A DNA stretch of 56,162 nt from Crenarchaeota archaeon 13_1_40CM_3_52_17 (GCA_001918745.1 MNGN01000057.1:1-56162), one strand, 5' to 3'; numbered from the stretch's first letter, positions 18,907 to 28,960 are shown. Made by a program: numbers and translations. The notes: generated by a model from the letters alone, not told the origin.

Positions 18907-20052
18907 TTGTCATCCAATGACAAAGTCGTCATCCTAGGTTGCGGAATGGGAGGTCTGGCAACATCAAGCCTACTCACCGAACGGGCTCCCTCAGCATCGA
19001 TCACGGTTGTCGAACAAAAGAAGAGTTTCGAGTTCTCGCCCTCCTTCCCTTTGCTGGCGATGGGTCGACGCGAACCTGAAAGAGTACGGCGCAAGCTCTC
19101 GATCTCGAAGAAACGGAGAATCCAACTCATCAATGATCGTGTCCGTTCGATTGTGACGTCTTCGAAGATGGTCAAGACTGAATCGGAAGAGTTGCACTAT
19201 GATCATCTAGTCATTTCGATGGGCGTCGACTACTCGCCTGGCGAGGTTCCCGGACTGGAAAGGTACGCTCACCAGTTTTACGATTTCGACTCAGCAATGA
19301 AGCTGCGTGATGCGCTGGAAGGTTTTGAAAATGGAAGATTGCTAATCGGAATATCTCGATTGCCTATCAAGTGTCCTGTCGCGCCCTATGGTTTGGCGTT
19401 GCTCTTGCAGGATCACTTCGTCAAGGCGAAGAAGAAAGTTACAACGGAGTTTTTCACTCTAGAACCTCATCCAGCTCCCGCGGCCGGACCTGTAATAGGT
19501 AAACAGGTGGAGAGGCTCTTGGCAGCCAAGGGAATAGCATTTCGCCCGAGAGTCAAGCTTTCGAAAGTAGAAAAAAACAGGGTGGTGTTTGAGGGAAAGA
19601 CAGAGCTCCCATACGATCTGCTAATCGTTGTTCCGCCACACAAGTGTCCCAGCGCGGTAGTTGAGGCGGGATTAACTGATTCGTCCGGTTGGGTTCCAGT
19701 CAGTCCGCAGACCTTGGCCACTAGGGTTGAAGGAGTCTACGCGATTGGAGATGTCACTGCAATCGAGACGCCTCACGCGCACGTACCATTTCTGCCAAAG
19801 TCAGGGTCGTTCACTCTCGGCCAGGCTGAGGTTGTATCAAACAATATTGCCATGTCGATCACGGGAAAGGGGGAACGAAAAATCTGGGATGGGACCGGAT
19901 CTTGTTTTCTCGAAGTCAGCAGGGGAGAAAGCGCCATGCTTAGGGGCGAGTTTCTCTCAAATCCTCCCCGCCTCGAGTTTCACCCACCTCGCAGAAAATG
20001 GCAGGTGGAGAAGACGAAACTTGAAGATTACTGGATGACACGCCGATTCTGA
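18907..20052 (+). CDS. FAD-dependent pyridine nucleotide-disulfide oxidoreductase, sulfide:quinone oxidoreductase-like
   Basis: N-terminal VVILGCGMGGLA Rossmann motif, GDV motif (YAIGDVTA), 381 aa. Confidence 0.65.
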   Translation: MSSNDKVVILGCGMGGLATSSLLTERAPSASITVVEQKKSFEFSPSFPLLAMGRREPERVRRKLSISKKRRIQLINDRVRSIVTSSKMVKTESEELHYDHLVISMGVDYSPGEVPGLERYAHQFYDFDSAMKLRDALEGFENGRLLIGISRLPIKCPVAPYGLALLLQDHFVKAKKKVTTEFFTLEPHPAPAAGPVIGKQVERLLAAKGIAFRPRVKLSKVEKNRVVFEGKTELPYDLLIVVPPHKCPSAVVEAGLTDSSGWVPVSPQTLATRVEGVYAIGDVTAIETPHAHVPFLPKSGSFTLGQAEVVSNNIAMSITGKGERKIWDGTGSCFLEVSRGESAMLRGEFLSNPPRLEFHPPRRKWQVEKTKLEDYWMTRRF

Positions 20053-20128
20053 GAAGTCGCTACCCTGGAAAAATCGCCCTGAAGCTCTCTCTGACCTCGA
20101 ATCTGAGCCCTGAATGGGCTTTGGGGAG

Positions 20129-20530
20129 CTACGCCTCGGCTTCGATTTCTCCGCGGTGGACTTCGTGTCCGCAGGAGCCTAGGAAGAGGTCCAGCCCGTC
20201 CGGCACGGCATCGCTTCGGAATGGGCTCACATGTACAAACACTCCTTCACGATGATCGATAGGACATTCTGCTTTGATGAGATTCTTCGCCTTGGTTCTG
20301 GGCCGCTGCCTGGAAACCGGGTCCAATCTCGCGGACAGCTTTTCGACCTTGATCCCTAGGAGCCCTGCATAGAGCCCGCTGATGCAAAAAATGCCGCTTC
20401 CCGCGAGCAATCCTACAACGCCTGTCAGACCTAGTGCGTCGCTGGATGTCATTGCAAAGTATAGAGCGACGACGGGGGCAATGATGGCTATGCCGATTGT
20501 TATCTTACCCATAACAGAGAGAAAGCCCAT
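20129..20530 (-). CDS. membrane protein with Cys/His-containing C-terminal domain (unknown function)
   Basis: Two or three N-terminal TM helices. The soluble tail contains ECPIDH and SCGHEVH. Confidence 0.4.
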   Translation of the reverse strand: MGFLSVMGKITIGIAIIAPVVALYFAMTSSDALGLTGVVGLLAGSGIFCISGLYAGLLGIKVEKLSARLDPVSRQRPRTKAKNLIKAECPIDHREGVFVHVSPFRSDAVPDGLDLFLGSCGHEVHRGEIEAEA

Positions 20531-20575
20531 GTTCTTTCGTCCCTACCGAATTTTCTTTGTTCGAAAGGCTTGGTT

Positions 20576-21022
20576 TTACCGTTTCTTTTTGGAGTCTCTC
20601 TCGCTCACAACGCTCTCGACATGCCCTATGATCGTCTTGAGAGGTGTCCCAGGCCCAAAATTGCCTGTGATACCCTGCTTTTCCAGCAGTGGCTTATCTT
20701 CATCTGGAATAATTCCTCCGCCCACCAGTAGGATGTCATCTCCACCTTTCTCTCGGATGAGCTTGGCGACTTTGGGGAATGCGGTCATGTGGGCGCCGTT
20801 TAGAAGACTCATAGCTACGACGTCAACGTCCTCATCGATAGCCATCTGGGCGACCTGCTCGGGCGTTGCAAGAAATCCTGTGTAGATTACTTCCATGCCA
20901 GCGTCCCGAAAGGCTCGGGTTAGAATCAGCGCACCTCTATCGTGACCATCAAGTCCAGGCTTCGCCACCAGGATGCGAATCCTCTTGATAGGTTTCGAGA
21001 TCGGCTTTTTCTGCGAGGGCAT
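20576..21022 (-). CDS. methylmalonyl-CoA mutase small (cobalamin-binding) subunit
   Basis: RILVAKPGLDGHDRGA carries the DxHxxG B12-binding motif. 148 aa, typical of the split archaeal mutase. Confidence 0.85.
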   Translation of the reverse strand: MPSQKKPISKPIKRIRILVAKPGLDGHDRGALILTRAFRDAGMEVIYTGFLATPEQVAQMAIDEDVDVVAMSLLNGAHMTAFPKVAKLIREKGGDDILLVGGGIIPDEDKPLLEKQGITGNFGPGTPLKTIIGHVESVVSERDSKKKR

Positions 21023-21337
21023 CGGAGCGTTCTGAACTTCAGATGAGTCTTTCCGCTAATAAGGACTATCGAAATTCGATCCCTCTAGCTCATCGTCGGA
21101 GAAGAGGAGCGTTTTCGAATGAACTTGCGAAGTCCGATCGCCAATATTGCGAGCCCAATGATTATGGCTAGTGTCCCAGCTAGCTGGAATACTGTTCCCG
21201 CATTTCCGCCGATAACCGAATCAGTTATTTGAAAAATCGATCCGGCCACAACGATGATGAACCCCGATAATGATTATGTTTGAATCTCGTACTTAGATTC
21301 GATGCTATCTATTGGTCAACGTCGTAAGCTTGAAGGG

Positions 21338-22384
21338 TCAATTGTACAGTTCGTCGTATCGCTTGTATTTCCAGTAAGCCATGGAGGCAAGCCATGATAC
21401 TACGAAGATGCCGATTATTCCGAAGCCCATTGTTTCGAAATCAAGAGTTCCTAGTGATTTCCAGAATGAACCGGTCAGCTTCAGCTCGTTAGAGAGGACT
21501 TGGAGTAGTTCGACTCCACCGATCGCAAAAGCAACCGCGACCGATATGATCGTAACGGTGAGATTGTAGTAAATTTTTCGGATAGGCCGGAGAAACGCCC
21601 AGCCATACGCGGTGAGCATCGCAATCCCATCGGTCATGTCGACCAGGACCATTCCGCATGTGAACATGAAGGGAAGTACAAGGATCATCCATAGAGGAAC
21701 AGCCGAGGATACCCCGACGCCCACGGTGATGGCTATCAAGGCGATCTCGCTGGCGGTGTCGAAGCCTAGTCCGAACAAGACGCCGATGGGATAGATCTGC
21801 CAAGGCTCTCGGACGATCTTGAAGAGCCCTTTGAAGTAGCGGTTTAGGAAACCCCTGTTTTCCAGCAGACTATCAAGTTCCGCCTCGTTCATCTTTCCTT
21901 GTTTTAGAGTGGTGAACACCCGATAGATCTCTAGAACAATAATGACATTGATCAGCCCGATGATGAATAGGAAGATTCCTGAAACCGTTGTCCCAATTAT
22001 TGCCCCGCTAGTTCGCAGTCCAGGAATCTGATCTTTCACTGCGTTGGTGGCGAGAATGAGTGAGACGATTAGACCGACCACAACCGTCGAGTGGCCCAAG
22101 GAGAACCACATGCCGACGGTCAGGGGACGTTTTCCCTCCTGAAGGAGCTTTCGAGTGGTATTGTCGATTGCAATAATGTGATCCGCGTCAACCCCGTGAC
22201 GTAGCCCAAAGATGAACGCGAGGACCCCGAGATTTGCAAGCGCAATAGATAATTGCCCTATGACAATTGAAGCGATCAGCCCGATGGCGGTAGCGATGCC
22301 CAGGGCCGAGTAGATGACTGATATTCTGAGCTTCTCGGCTGTTGACAGTCCGAGCTTCGTGTGATCTACGTGGAGTTCAGTCAA
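21338..22384 (-). CDS. HoxN/HupN/NixA-family nickel/cobalt permease (NiCoT)
   Basis: Signature RHGVDADHIIAIDN in TM2 and FSLGHSTVV. 8 TM helices. Confidence 0.9.
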   Translation of the reverse strand: MTELHVDHTKLGLSTAEKLRISVIYSALGIATAIGLIASIVIGQLSIALANLGVLAFIFGLRHGVDADHIIAIDNTTRKLLQEGKRPLTVGMWFSLGHSTVVVGLIVSLILATNAVKDQIPGLRTSGAIIGTTVSGIFLFIIGLINVIIVLEIYRVFTTLKQGKMNEAELDSLLENRGFLNRYFKGLFKIVREPWQIYPIGVLFGLGFDTASEIALIAITVGVGVSSAVPLWMILVLPFMFTCGMVLVDMTDGIAMLTAYGWAFLRPIRKIYYNLTVTIISVAVAFAIGGVELLQVLSNELKLTGSFWKSLGTLDFETMGFGIIGIFVVSWLASMAYWKYKRYDELYN

Positions 22385-22539
22385 TTCAGAAGACGCCCTC
22401 TCCGAGAGTCTTTAGGCTCCCAGCGCATTTTGGCAGGTTGTCTCGACAAGACCCGTCTACGTGGTAATATAAAGTCTTAAGTTGGTAATACTTTTAGCCA
22501 ACTCGACCATCTTGAGTAATACTGGAGGCGAGTTATGAA

Positions 22540-22965
22540 TTGGTGTTGTATCATGAGGGAGTTACCAGAATAAGCATGTCTCTGCCACCTGAGCTTCTCG
22601 AAGCTTTCGACAAGGCCTCCGAGCATAGCGGATACCGGGACAGGTCAAAGGCTCTGCAGGCGGCGATGCGATCTTTCATCTCGGATTTTGAGACAGGCGT
22701 CAGAGGAGGCCACGTCGTCGGGTCCATCGTTATGGTTTACAACCATGAGACCCACGGCGCAGACGAGGGTATCACGGAAACGTCACACCATCATAGACAA
22801 TCCATTCTCTCGTCACTGCACGCCCACATTGACGCCGCACACTGCTTGTGCGCTCTGCTAGTCCGCGGCAGGGCTCAGGATATCGCGAGATTGGAGGGAG
22901 AGCTGAAGCGCCAGAAGGGAATAATGCAAGTCAGATCCTCTTATCTGAAAGCAGAATCTGTCTAG
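22540..22965 (+). CDS. nikR: nickel-responsive transcriptional regulator NikR
   Basis: N-terminal ribbon-helix-helix (RISMSLPPELLEAFDK), C-terminal metal-binding domain with HAHIDAAHC. Divergent from the NiCoT gene. Confidence 0.85.
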   Translation: MVLYHEGVTRISMSLPPELLEAFDKASEHSGYRDRSKALQAAMRSFISDFETGVRGGHVVGSIVMVYNHETHGADEGITETSHHHRQSILSSLHAHIDAAHCLCALLVRGRAQDIARLEGELKRQKGIMQVRSSYLKAESV

Positions 22966-22977
22966 GCAGGAGCTCGA

Positions 22978-23538
22978 ATGAGGAAAATCTTCGTTACTGA
23001 ATTTGTCTCGCTGGATGGTGTGATGGAGGATCCAGGTGGCGCTGAAAAGTTCGTGCACGGTGGTTGGACTATGCCTTACTGGAGCGAGGAAATTGGCAAG
23101 TTCAAACTTGATGAACTGCTCACAAGTGATGGGCTTCTTCTAGGACGCGTCACGTATCAAGGATTTGCCGCCGCTTGGCCCCTCAAGGACTGATGAAGCG
23201 GGTTTCGCACAAAGAATGAACAGCCTCCCCAAGTATGTCGTTTCAACTATCTGGACAAGGCTGAATGGAACAATTCCCATCTGATCAAGGGGAACCTCGC
23301 AAAGGAAGTGTCCAAGCTGAAGCAGCAACCAAGCCAGGACATCATGGTCGCGGGTAGCAAGAGGCTAGTGCATACGCTAATGCAACACGACCTCATCGAC
23401 GAATACCAGCTCCTAGTCTATCCTATAGTTCCGGGTAGCGGAAAACGTCTCTTCGGAGGTGTCACGCTGAGATCGGTAGAGACAAAGACGCTCAGTTCAG
23501 GAGTCGTTCTACTTCGCTACCAGCCCGCTAGAAAATGA
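22978..23538 (+). pseudogene. dihydrofolate reductase-family (RibD C-terminal domain) gene disrupted by two frameshifts
   Basis: Track ORFs 22978..23193 and 23308..23538 share one frame. The conserved middle (SRTDEAGFAQRMNSLPKYVVST) is only readable in the +1 frame between about 23183 and 23248. That implies an extra C in the CCCC run 23178..23181 and a missing base near 23248. The original frame has TGA TGA at 23191..23196. Confidence 0.8.
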
Positions 23539-23539
23539 T

Positions 23540-24166
23540 CTAGACGCGTTTTCTTGTTGCAGATGTTACGTATGCTTTCCCGCCGTTGTTGTGGATTCGA
23601 GTGGCGAACGACGAGTCTCTAATGTAGTTGATACTAAAGAGCGGCGAGAACGATTCTTCGATCTCCGCTCTTGTTATTCTTCTGGGTCCGCCCCACCCGG
23701 TGGGCTCTTTCTCGCTAAAGCAGAGCATGAAGTATCTTCCTCCGGGAACTAGGACCCGGGCCATCTCACGTGTGAAGGCGGGTCGATCGTGATCGGTGAA
23801 TGTGTGAAAGAGTCCCGAATCAATAATATTGTCGAAAGTGTTGTCTCTGAACTCTAACGAGAGTGCATTTCCGGCTCGGAAGTCAGCTTCTAGGCTTCTC
23901 TCAGCAGTCTTCGCTCTTGCCGCAGCAATCGCTCGGGTTGATAGATCGACCCCGCTTACAGAGAACCCGTTCTCGGCGAGATAGAGCGCGTTCTCCCCTG
24001 TCCCGCAACCGACGTCGAGAACTCTGCCCTTATTCAGTTCCCGAGCCCGCAAGAGTTCTACGAAGGCTGGTTGAGGACGACCTACGTCCCATGGCGGCGT
24101 ACTCTTGTACGCATCCTCCCAAGAACTCAAAGAACGGTCCGGCCGACTCATCAATACCGGATTCAA
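23540..24166 (-). CDS. class I SAM-dependent methyltransferase
   Basis: Motif I VLDVGCGTGENA, 208 aa. Confidence 0.8.
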   Translation of the reverse strand: MNPVLMSRPDRSLSSWEDAYKSTPPWDVGRPQPAFVELLRARELNKGRVLDVGCGTGENALYLAENGFSVSGVDLSTRAIAAARAKTAERSLEADFRAGNALSLEFRDNTFDNIIDSGLFHTFTDHDRPAFTREMARVLVPGGRYFMLCFSEKEPTGWGGPRRITRAEIEESFSPLFSINYIRDSSFATRIHNNGGKAYVTSATRKRV

Positions 24167-24214
24167 GAACGTTTTGAACCCTGACCTTTAGCCGAGCACC
24201 CCTGTTTCACCGAA

Positions 24215-25327
24215 TTGCGAAAGAGACTCTTTAGACGAGCATGCAATACCATCGTGAGCCCGATGGAACAACTTCAGAAGGAAAGCCTAGTGTCTCCCAC
24301 AGTCTCAAGATGGTTGCTGGAGGAGAACGAGCCCTCGAGTCAATACTTCGCACTCACCGAGCTAATGGAACATGACAGACAAGATGCTTCAGCCCGAAAA
24401 GCCAGGGAGAGGATTGGACGAGAAGGATGGGCCGCTAAGATTTTCGCGAAACAGAAAGAGAGCACGTACTGGGAGAACAAGGAGTCTTGTTATATTCCGA
24501 AATTCAGCTCCACAGGATGGCAGCTAGCGGTCCTTGCGGACCTCGGAGTAACATCAGCTGATCCAAGATTTGCGAACGCGGTAGAGCACTTTTTCGAGCT
24601 TCACAACGTTGAGACCGGCGGGTTCTCTCTGCGTCCCAAGAATCAGAAACCGTTCGAGCCGCATATTTGCAACACCGGCAACATGGTTCGGGCCCTCGCA
24701 AAAGCGGGATACGCAAAGGACGATAGAATTCAGAAGGCGATGAACTGGCTTCTCACCAAGCAACTGTCAGACTCCGCCTGGAACTGCGCCCCATCAGGCA
24801 AACACGGATCCTTCCTAGCAACCGTCGAGCCTATGTGGGCCCTCTCTGAGATGATCAATTCCGAACCTAGAGAGGTCTGGAAGGAGGCCGCGGCGAACGC
24901 TTCAGAGTTCGTGCTCAAACACAAGATCTACAAGTCCGACAGGGACGATTCGGTTGTCCTTTTCGACTTTCTGAAGATACACTATCCCACACACTACTGC
25001 TATGACTTCCTTCATGGGTTACGTATCCTATCAGAGCTAGGTGTCCCAAAGGACGCGAGGATGGACGACGCGCTAAGAATGTTGCGGGCCAAGCGACTTG
25101 TAGACGGACGATGGCCGCTGGAAGCAGTGTACCGAGGCTGGCGTCACTCCCACCCAATGCACGGAACGGAAACAGTGTCAAGACCTGAGGAGCGAGAACT
25201 AGTAACAGAAGGATGGGGAAAGGATCAGACGTTGCAACTGGAAGAAGCAGGCAAGCCCAGCAAATGGGTGACGCTGCAGGCATTACTCATCCTGAAGCGA
25301 CTGGGACTGCTTGAGCCGTCATCCTAG
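24215..25327 (+). CDS. alpha/alpha-toroid (prenyltransferase/squalene-oxidase repeat-like) protein
   Basis: Repeated aromatic-rich helical hairpins (GW..., W.L.AL, ...WN) suggest a terpenoid-cyclase/prenyltransferase-like fold. Weak call; ATG 24263 is a likely start. Confidence 0.4.
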   Translation: MRKRLFRRACNTIVSPMEQLQKESLVSPTVSRWLLEENEPSSQYFALTELMEHDRQDASARKARERIGREGWAAKIFAKQKESTYWENKESCYIPKFSSTGWQLAVLADLGVTSADPRFANAVEHFFELHNVETGGFSLRPKNQKPFEPHICNTGNMVRALAKAGYAKDDRIQKAMNWLLTKQLSDSAWNCAPSGKHGSFLATVEPMWALSEMINSEPREVWKEAAANASEFVLKHKIYKSDRDDSVVLFDFLKIHYPTHYCYDFLHGLRILSELGVPKDARMDDALRMLRAKRLVDGRWPLEAVYRGWRHSHPMHGTETVSRPEERELVTEGWGKDQTLQLEEAGKPSKWVTLQALLILKRLGLLEPSS

Positions 25328-25331
25328 GACT

Positions 25332-26126
25332 CTAGAAGACAGATCTCATCAATCCTCCATCGATTGAGAGCATTGTTCCGTTGATGTAGCTCGCTTTCTC
25401 GCTGGCAAGAAACGCTACGAGATAGCCAACTTCCTCCGGCAACCCATATCTGCCGGCGGGCACATCTTGGAGCATCTGTTTCATCGCCTCATCTACGCTC
25501 TTCCCGGACCTTGAGGAAATGTCCTTGGCGACTTGTCTCTGCCTATCGGTGAGTATGTGTCCCTGCATGATTCCGTTCGAGGTTATTCCTTTCGAGCCAT
25601 ACTCCAATGAGAGAGATTTCGAGAGTCCGGCAAGGCTCAGCCTTACTGTGTTGGACAGTACCAGATTCGGAACTGGCTGTCGCAGAGCGGATGATGTGAT
25701 GTAGATCAACCTCCCCCACTTCTTCTGAACCATCTGGGGAACGACCTGTTTAGTGAGCCAGACGGCACTCATCAGAAGCAGTTTCACGCCCTGTTCCCAG
25801 TCAACATCCGTGAGATCAGCGAATGTCCCGGGTTTCGGCGGACCAGTGTTGTAGGCGAGAATATCTATGGTCCCGAACTTGCTTGTTGCTTGATCAACCA
25901 GCCGATCAACGTCCGCTTTGACGGCGAGATCTGCTTTTACCGAATAGACATCTTTGTTTCCAGTTTCCTTTACAACCGTGTCCCTAGCCTTTGAGATCGA
26001 GTCTTGATCTCTTGAAGAGACCACAACCTTGCAGCCTTCTGCGGCAAGAACTTTGGCCACCCCGCGCCCTATCCCCTTACTCGATGCCGGGACCAGCGCC
26101 ACTTTGCCCTTCAATCCGAGTTCCAA
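25332..26126 (-). CDS. SDR-family oxidoreductase
   Basis: N-terminal ALVPASSKGIGRG dinucleotide-binding motif, 264 aa. Confidence 0.8.
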   Translation of the reverse strand: MELGLKGKVALVPASSKGIGRGVAKVLAAEGCKVVVSSRDQDSISKARDTVVKETGNKDVYSVKADLAVKADVDRLVDQATSKFGTIDILAYNTGPPKPGTFADLTDVDWEQGVKLLLMSAVWLTKQVVPQMVQKKWGRLIYITSSALRQPVPNLVLSNTVRLSLAGLSKSLSLEYGSKGITSNGIMQGHILTDRQRQVAKDISSRSGKSVDEAMKQMLQDVPAGRYGLPEEVGYLVAFLASEKASYINGTMLSIDGGLMRSVF

Positions 26127-26184
26127 GCCAATTCAAGTCTATTGATCTAAGGAGATTAAAGTTGGTGCGAGCTGAAAGACGCCA

Positions 26185-26940
26185 ATGGATACCAAGGCCT
26201 ACCTGAAACGAATTGGGTATCGTGGGCGAGTTCGACCCAGCGCTGACGTTCTTCGCAGACTACACAGGACGCACCTTCTCTCGATCCCCTTTGAGAATCT
26301 CGATATTCACCTAGGACGCCCAATCATCCTAAGCGAGAACGCGTTCTATGACAAGATCATCGATAATCATCGCGGAGGATTCTGCTACGAACTCAACGGT
26401 TTCTTTGCTAGTCTACTAGACGAATTGGGTTTCAACGTATCCATGCTCTCAGCGCGCGTTGCTCGGAAGGGTGGAGGCATGAGTCCAGAATTTGATCATA
26501 TGACCTTGCTTGTGCAGCTCAAACATCCATGGCTCGTCGACGTGGGATTCGGAGACTCTTTCACCGAACCAAAACGACTCGACGTCTCAGGCCCCCAAGC
26601 TGACCATAGGAGAGATTACCGTTTCACTCCAAAAGATGGCCGGACCCTACTCTCTCGAAGGCTGCAAGAAAGTGGTGCCTGGGAGCCTCAATATATCTTT
26701 AGTTTGCGGCCGCGAAACCTGGCGGATTTCGTTCCTAGATGCCACTGGCAACAAACCTCTCCAAGGTCCCACTTCAGAAAAGGCCGCGTATGTACTCGCC
26801 TCACTTCCAACGGGAGATCAACTCTCACCGACACGAAGTTCATAGTGACTCAAGGAGTTAGGAAGGTCGAGCGACCGGTCAAGAGCCCTGAAGAATTTGC
26901 CGCGATGCTACGACGGCATTTTGGTATCGATCTGAACTGA
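26185..26940 (+). CDS. arylamine N-acetyltransferase (NAT)
   Basis: YLKRIGY...IPFENLDI, catalytic Cys in GGFCYELN, His in FDHMTLLV, Asp in VDVGFGD. Confidence 0.85.
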   Translation: MDTKAYLKRIGYRGRVRPSADVLRRLHRTHLLSIPFENLDIHLGRPIILSENAFYDKIIDNHRGGFCYELNGFFASLLDELGFNVSMLSARVARKGGGMSPEFDHMTLLVQLKHPWLVDVGFGDSFTEPKRLDVSGPQADHRRDYRFTPKDGRTLLSRRLQESGAWEPQYIFSLRPRNLADFVPRCHWQQTSPRSHFRKGRVCTRLTSNGRSTLTDTKFIVTQGVRKVERPVKSPEEFAAMLRRHFGIDLN

Positions 26941-26946
26941 AGTGAT

Positions 26947-28437
26947 TCAATTCACTGCGAGGTACTTGTTCTCAAGATAGCCGACCAGTCCTGATGGATC
27001 GTATCCTTTGCCGAAGACGCGGTGGAGCAGTTCCTTCGGTGAGTATGTTGACCCCGGTTTGTGTATGTTTTCTGCTAGCCAGCTCTTTAGAGGTGCTATG
27101 CTCTTGTCTCCCTTGATCGGGAGCAACCCCTTCTTTGTAAGCGCGCTCCAGAGCATTCCAGCGACGATGTTTCCGAGAGAATAACCGGGGAAGGTTGCGA
27201 ACTGTCCCCAGCTCCAATGGATGTCCTGTAGAACTCCATCCGCGTCCCTGTCAGGCCGCTTGCCGAGATATTCCTCGATCATGTCATCCCATACAGAGGG
27301 AAGCTCTGAGACCTTGATCTTTCCCTGCAAGAGTTTCTTCTCAAGCTCGTACCTCATTGCGATGTGGAAGTTGTAGGTCAGCTCGTCGGCTTCCACCCTG
27401 ATGAGGCTCGGTTTTACAGTGTTGAAGTAAGAGTAGAGTTGCTTCCGATCATAACGGGTTACGAAGCTCAGATTAGCCTTCAGGAGAGGGTAGAGTAACG
27501 GAACGAACTCTTTGCTTCTTCCAACAATATTCTCCCAGAATCTGGACTGGGACTCGTGAACTCCCGCGGATACGCCTGAGGCGGTTGGTGTGAACTGTAG
27601 CTCGTGGTCTACTTGAAGCTCGTAGAGGGCGTGGCCGCATTCATGCATTAGTCCAAACATTGATGATTTGAAATCCTTAGGCTCATATCTCGTCGTTATT
27701 CTCACGTCATCGCTCCCGATTCTGATCGCGAAGGGGTGAGTGGAAACGTCTTGACGGAATCTCTTTTCTGGCATGCCGAGCAGTTGAAGAATTTTTTGGT
27801 TTACCTGTTTGAGGGAATTGACATCATAGTCGACGTCTTCAAGTGCATGTTTCTTTGGAAAGACTCCCTGGGAGAGAGTCTTGGCTAGGATCTTCTTGAG
27901 CTGGGGGATGAGTTCAGAGAAGATCTTGTCAAGATCTGTAGTCGTTAGTCCTTCCTCGGACAGATCTAGGAGAGCGTTGTACGGGTTTGTTGACGGGTCG
28001 AGGTGGTCTGCTTCTTCCTTTTTCAGCTCGGTTATTCTTTCGAGATGGGGCCTGAAGATGTTGAAGTCAGACTTCTTTCTCGCCTCTCGCCAGGGAATGT
28101 TTGCATCGATTGTGGCCCTTTGTAGTTCTTCAACCAGTTTCGGGGGGACTTTCTGGTAATAGTTGAGTTCCCTCTTAACAACCCGGACAACACCCTTTTC
28201 GGCATCGTTAAGCGCCTTCAGCTTCTCAGCCTTCTCAAGAGGACCCGTTAGGTCAATGGTCATTTTCTGGCGGAGGAGCTCGATCTCTGATTGCGCTTGG
28301 CCTCTGGCGCTAGCTCCGGCCTCGGGCATGTTGATCTCGAGATCCCAGCCCAAAAGGGACGAAGCATGGGCCATCGCGGCGACTGACTTGTATCTGGCAA
28401 GAAGATCTAGGACAACAGGATTATTGAACGGACTCAT
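26947..28437 (-). CDS. M32-family carboxypeptidase (Taq-type)
   Basis: HExxH in HECGHALYE plus DIHWSWGQFATFPGYSLGN, 496 aa. Confidence 0.9.
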   Translation of the reverse strand: MSPFNNPVVLDLLARYKSVAAMAHASSLLGWDLEINMPEAGASARGQAQSEIELLRQKMTIDLTGPLEKAEKLKALNDAEKGVVRVVKRELNYYQKVPPKLVEELQRATIDANIPWREARKKSDFNIFRPHLERITELKKEEADHLDPSTNPYNALLDLSEEGLTTTDLDKIFSELIPQLKKILAKTLSQGVFPKKHALEDVDYDVNSLKQVNQKILQLLGMPEKRFRQDVSTHPFAIRIGSDDVRITTRYEPKDFKSSMFGLMHECGHALYELQVDHELQFTPTASGVSAGVHESQSRFWENIVGRSKEFVPLLYPLLKANLSFVTRYDRKQLYSYFNTVKPSLIRVEADELTYNFHIAMRYELEKKLLQGKIKVSELPSVWDDMIEEYLGKRPDRDADGVLQDIHWSWGQFATFPGYSLGNIVAGMLWSALTKKGLLPIKGDKSIAPLKSWLAENIHKPGSTYSPKELLHRVFGKGYDPSGLVGYLENKYLAVN

Positions 28438-28618
28438 GGAAGCAACAGGCCCTTCGACTCTGACTGCCTAAAAACCTTGAAGCACTATGACTAGGACCCG
28501 AGCGGGTAGGCCTTTCCCGTGGAATCTTGTCGGTAAGAACTCAAGGGATGACGGCAATATTTCTTTAGCAAAAGCTAAAACTGATCAGAGACTTATTGTC
28601 AAAGCTAAGGCGAAGAGT

Positions 28619-28933
28619 ATGCCTGATTTCGTTCGGGTAGCGTCTACTAGCGAAATTCCTGAGGGCAAGATGAAGAGAACCGTCGTCGGTAGCCAACAGG
28701 TTCTAGTTGTGAATGTGAAGGGCAAGTATTACGCTATTGGAAATGTTTGCACGCACCAAAGTGGTCCATTGGACAGGGGCACTCTCATAGGTCAGGAAGT
28801 GCAGTGTCCTTTGCACGGGTCCCATTTTGATGTCACCAACGGTCAGGTGAAGAGAGGTCCCGCCACGAGGCCCGAGCCGGTATATGATGTCAAAGTCGAG
28901 AGTGGTAGTATTCTAGTGCGACCGAAGCAATAG
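28619..28933 (+). CDS. Rieske [2Fe-2S] ferredoxin
   Basis: CTHQSGPL and CPLHGSHF cluster motifs. I prefer the internal ATG 28619 (MPDFVRV...), giving a typical 104 aa, over the track start at 28487. Confidence 0.8.
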   Translation: MPDFVRVASTSEIPEGKMKRTVVGSQQVLVVNVKGKYYAIGNVCTHQSGPLDRGTLIGQEVQCPLHGSHFDVTNGQVKRGPATRPEPVYDVKVESGSILVRPKQ

Positions 28934-28960
28934 TTCTTGCAATCTCTTGAGTCGGCTAGA

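Noticed and set aside
21085-21249. 54-codon minus-strand ORF (GTG start) encoding one hydrophobic helix, in the 315-bp gap between the mutase subunit and the NiCoT gene
   Set aside because: It has no ATG, no clear ribosome-binding or TATA context and no motif. It falls below my confidence threshold, though a small membrane peptide cannot be excluded.
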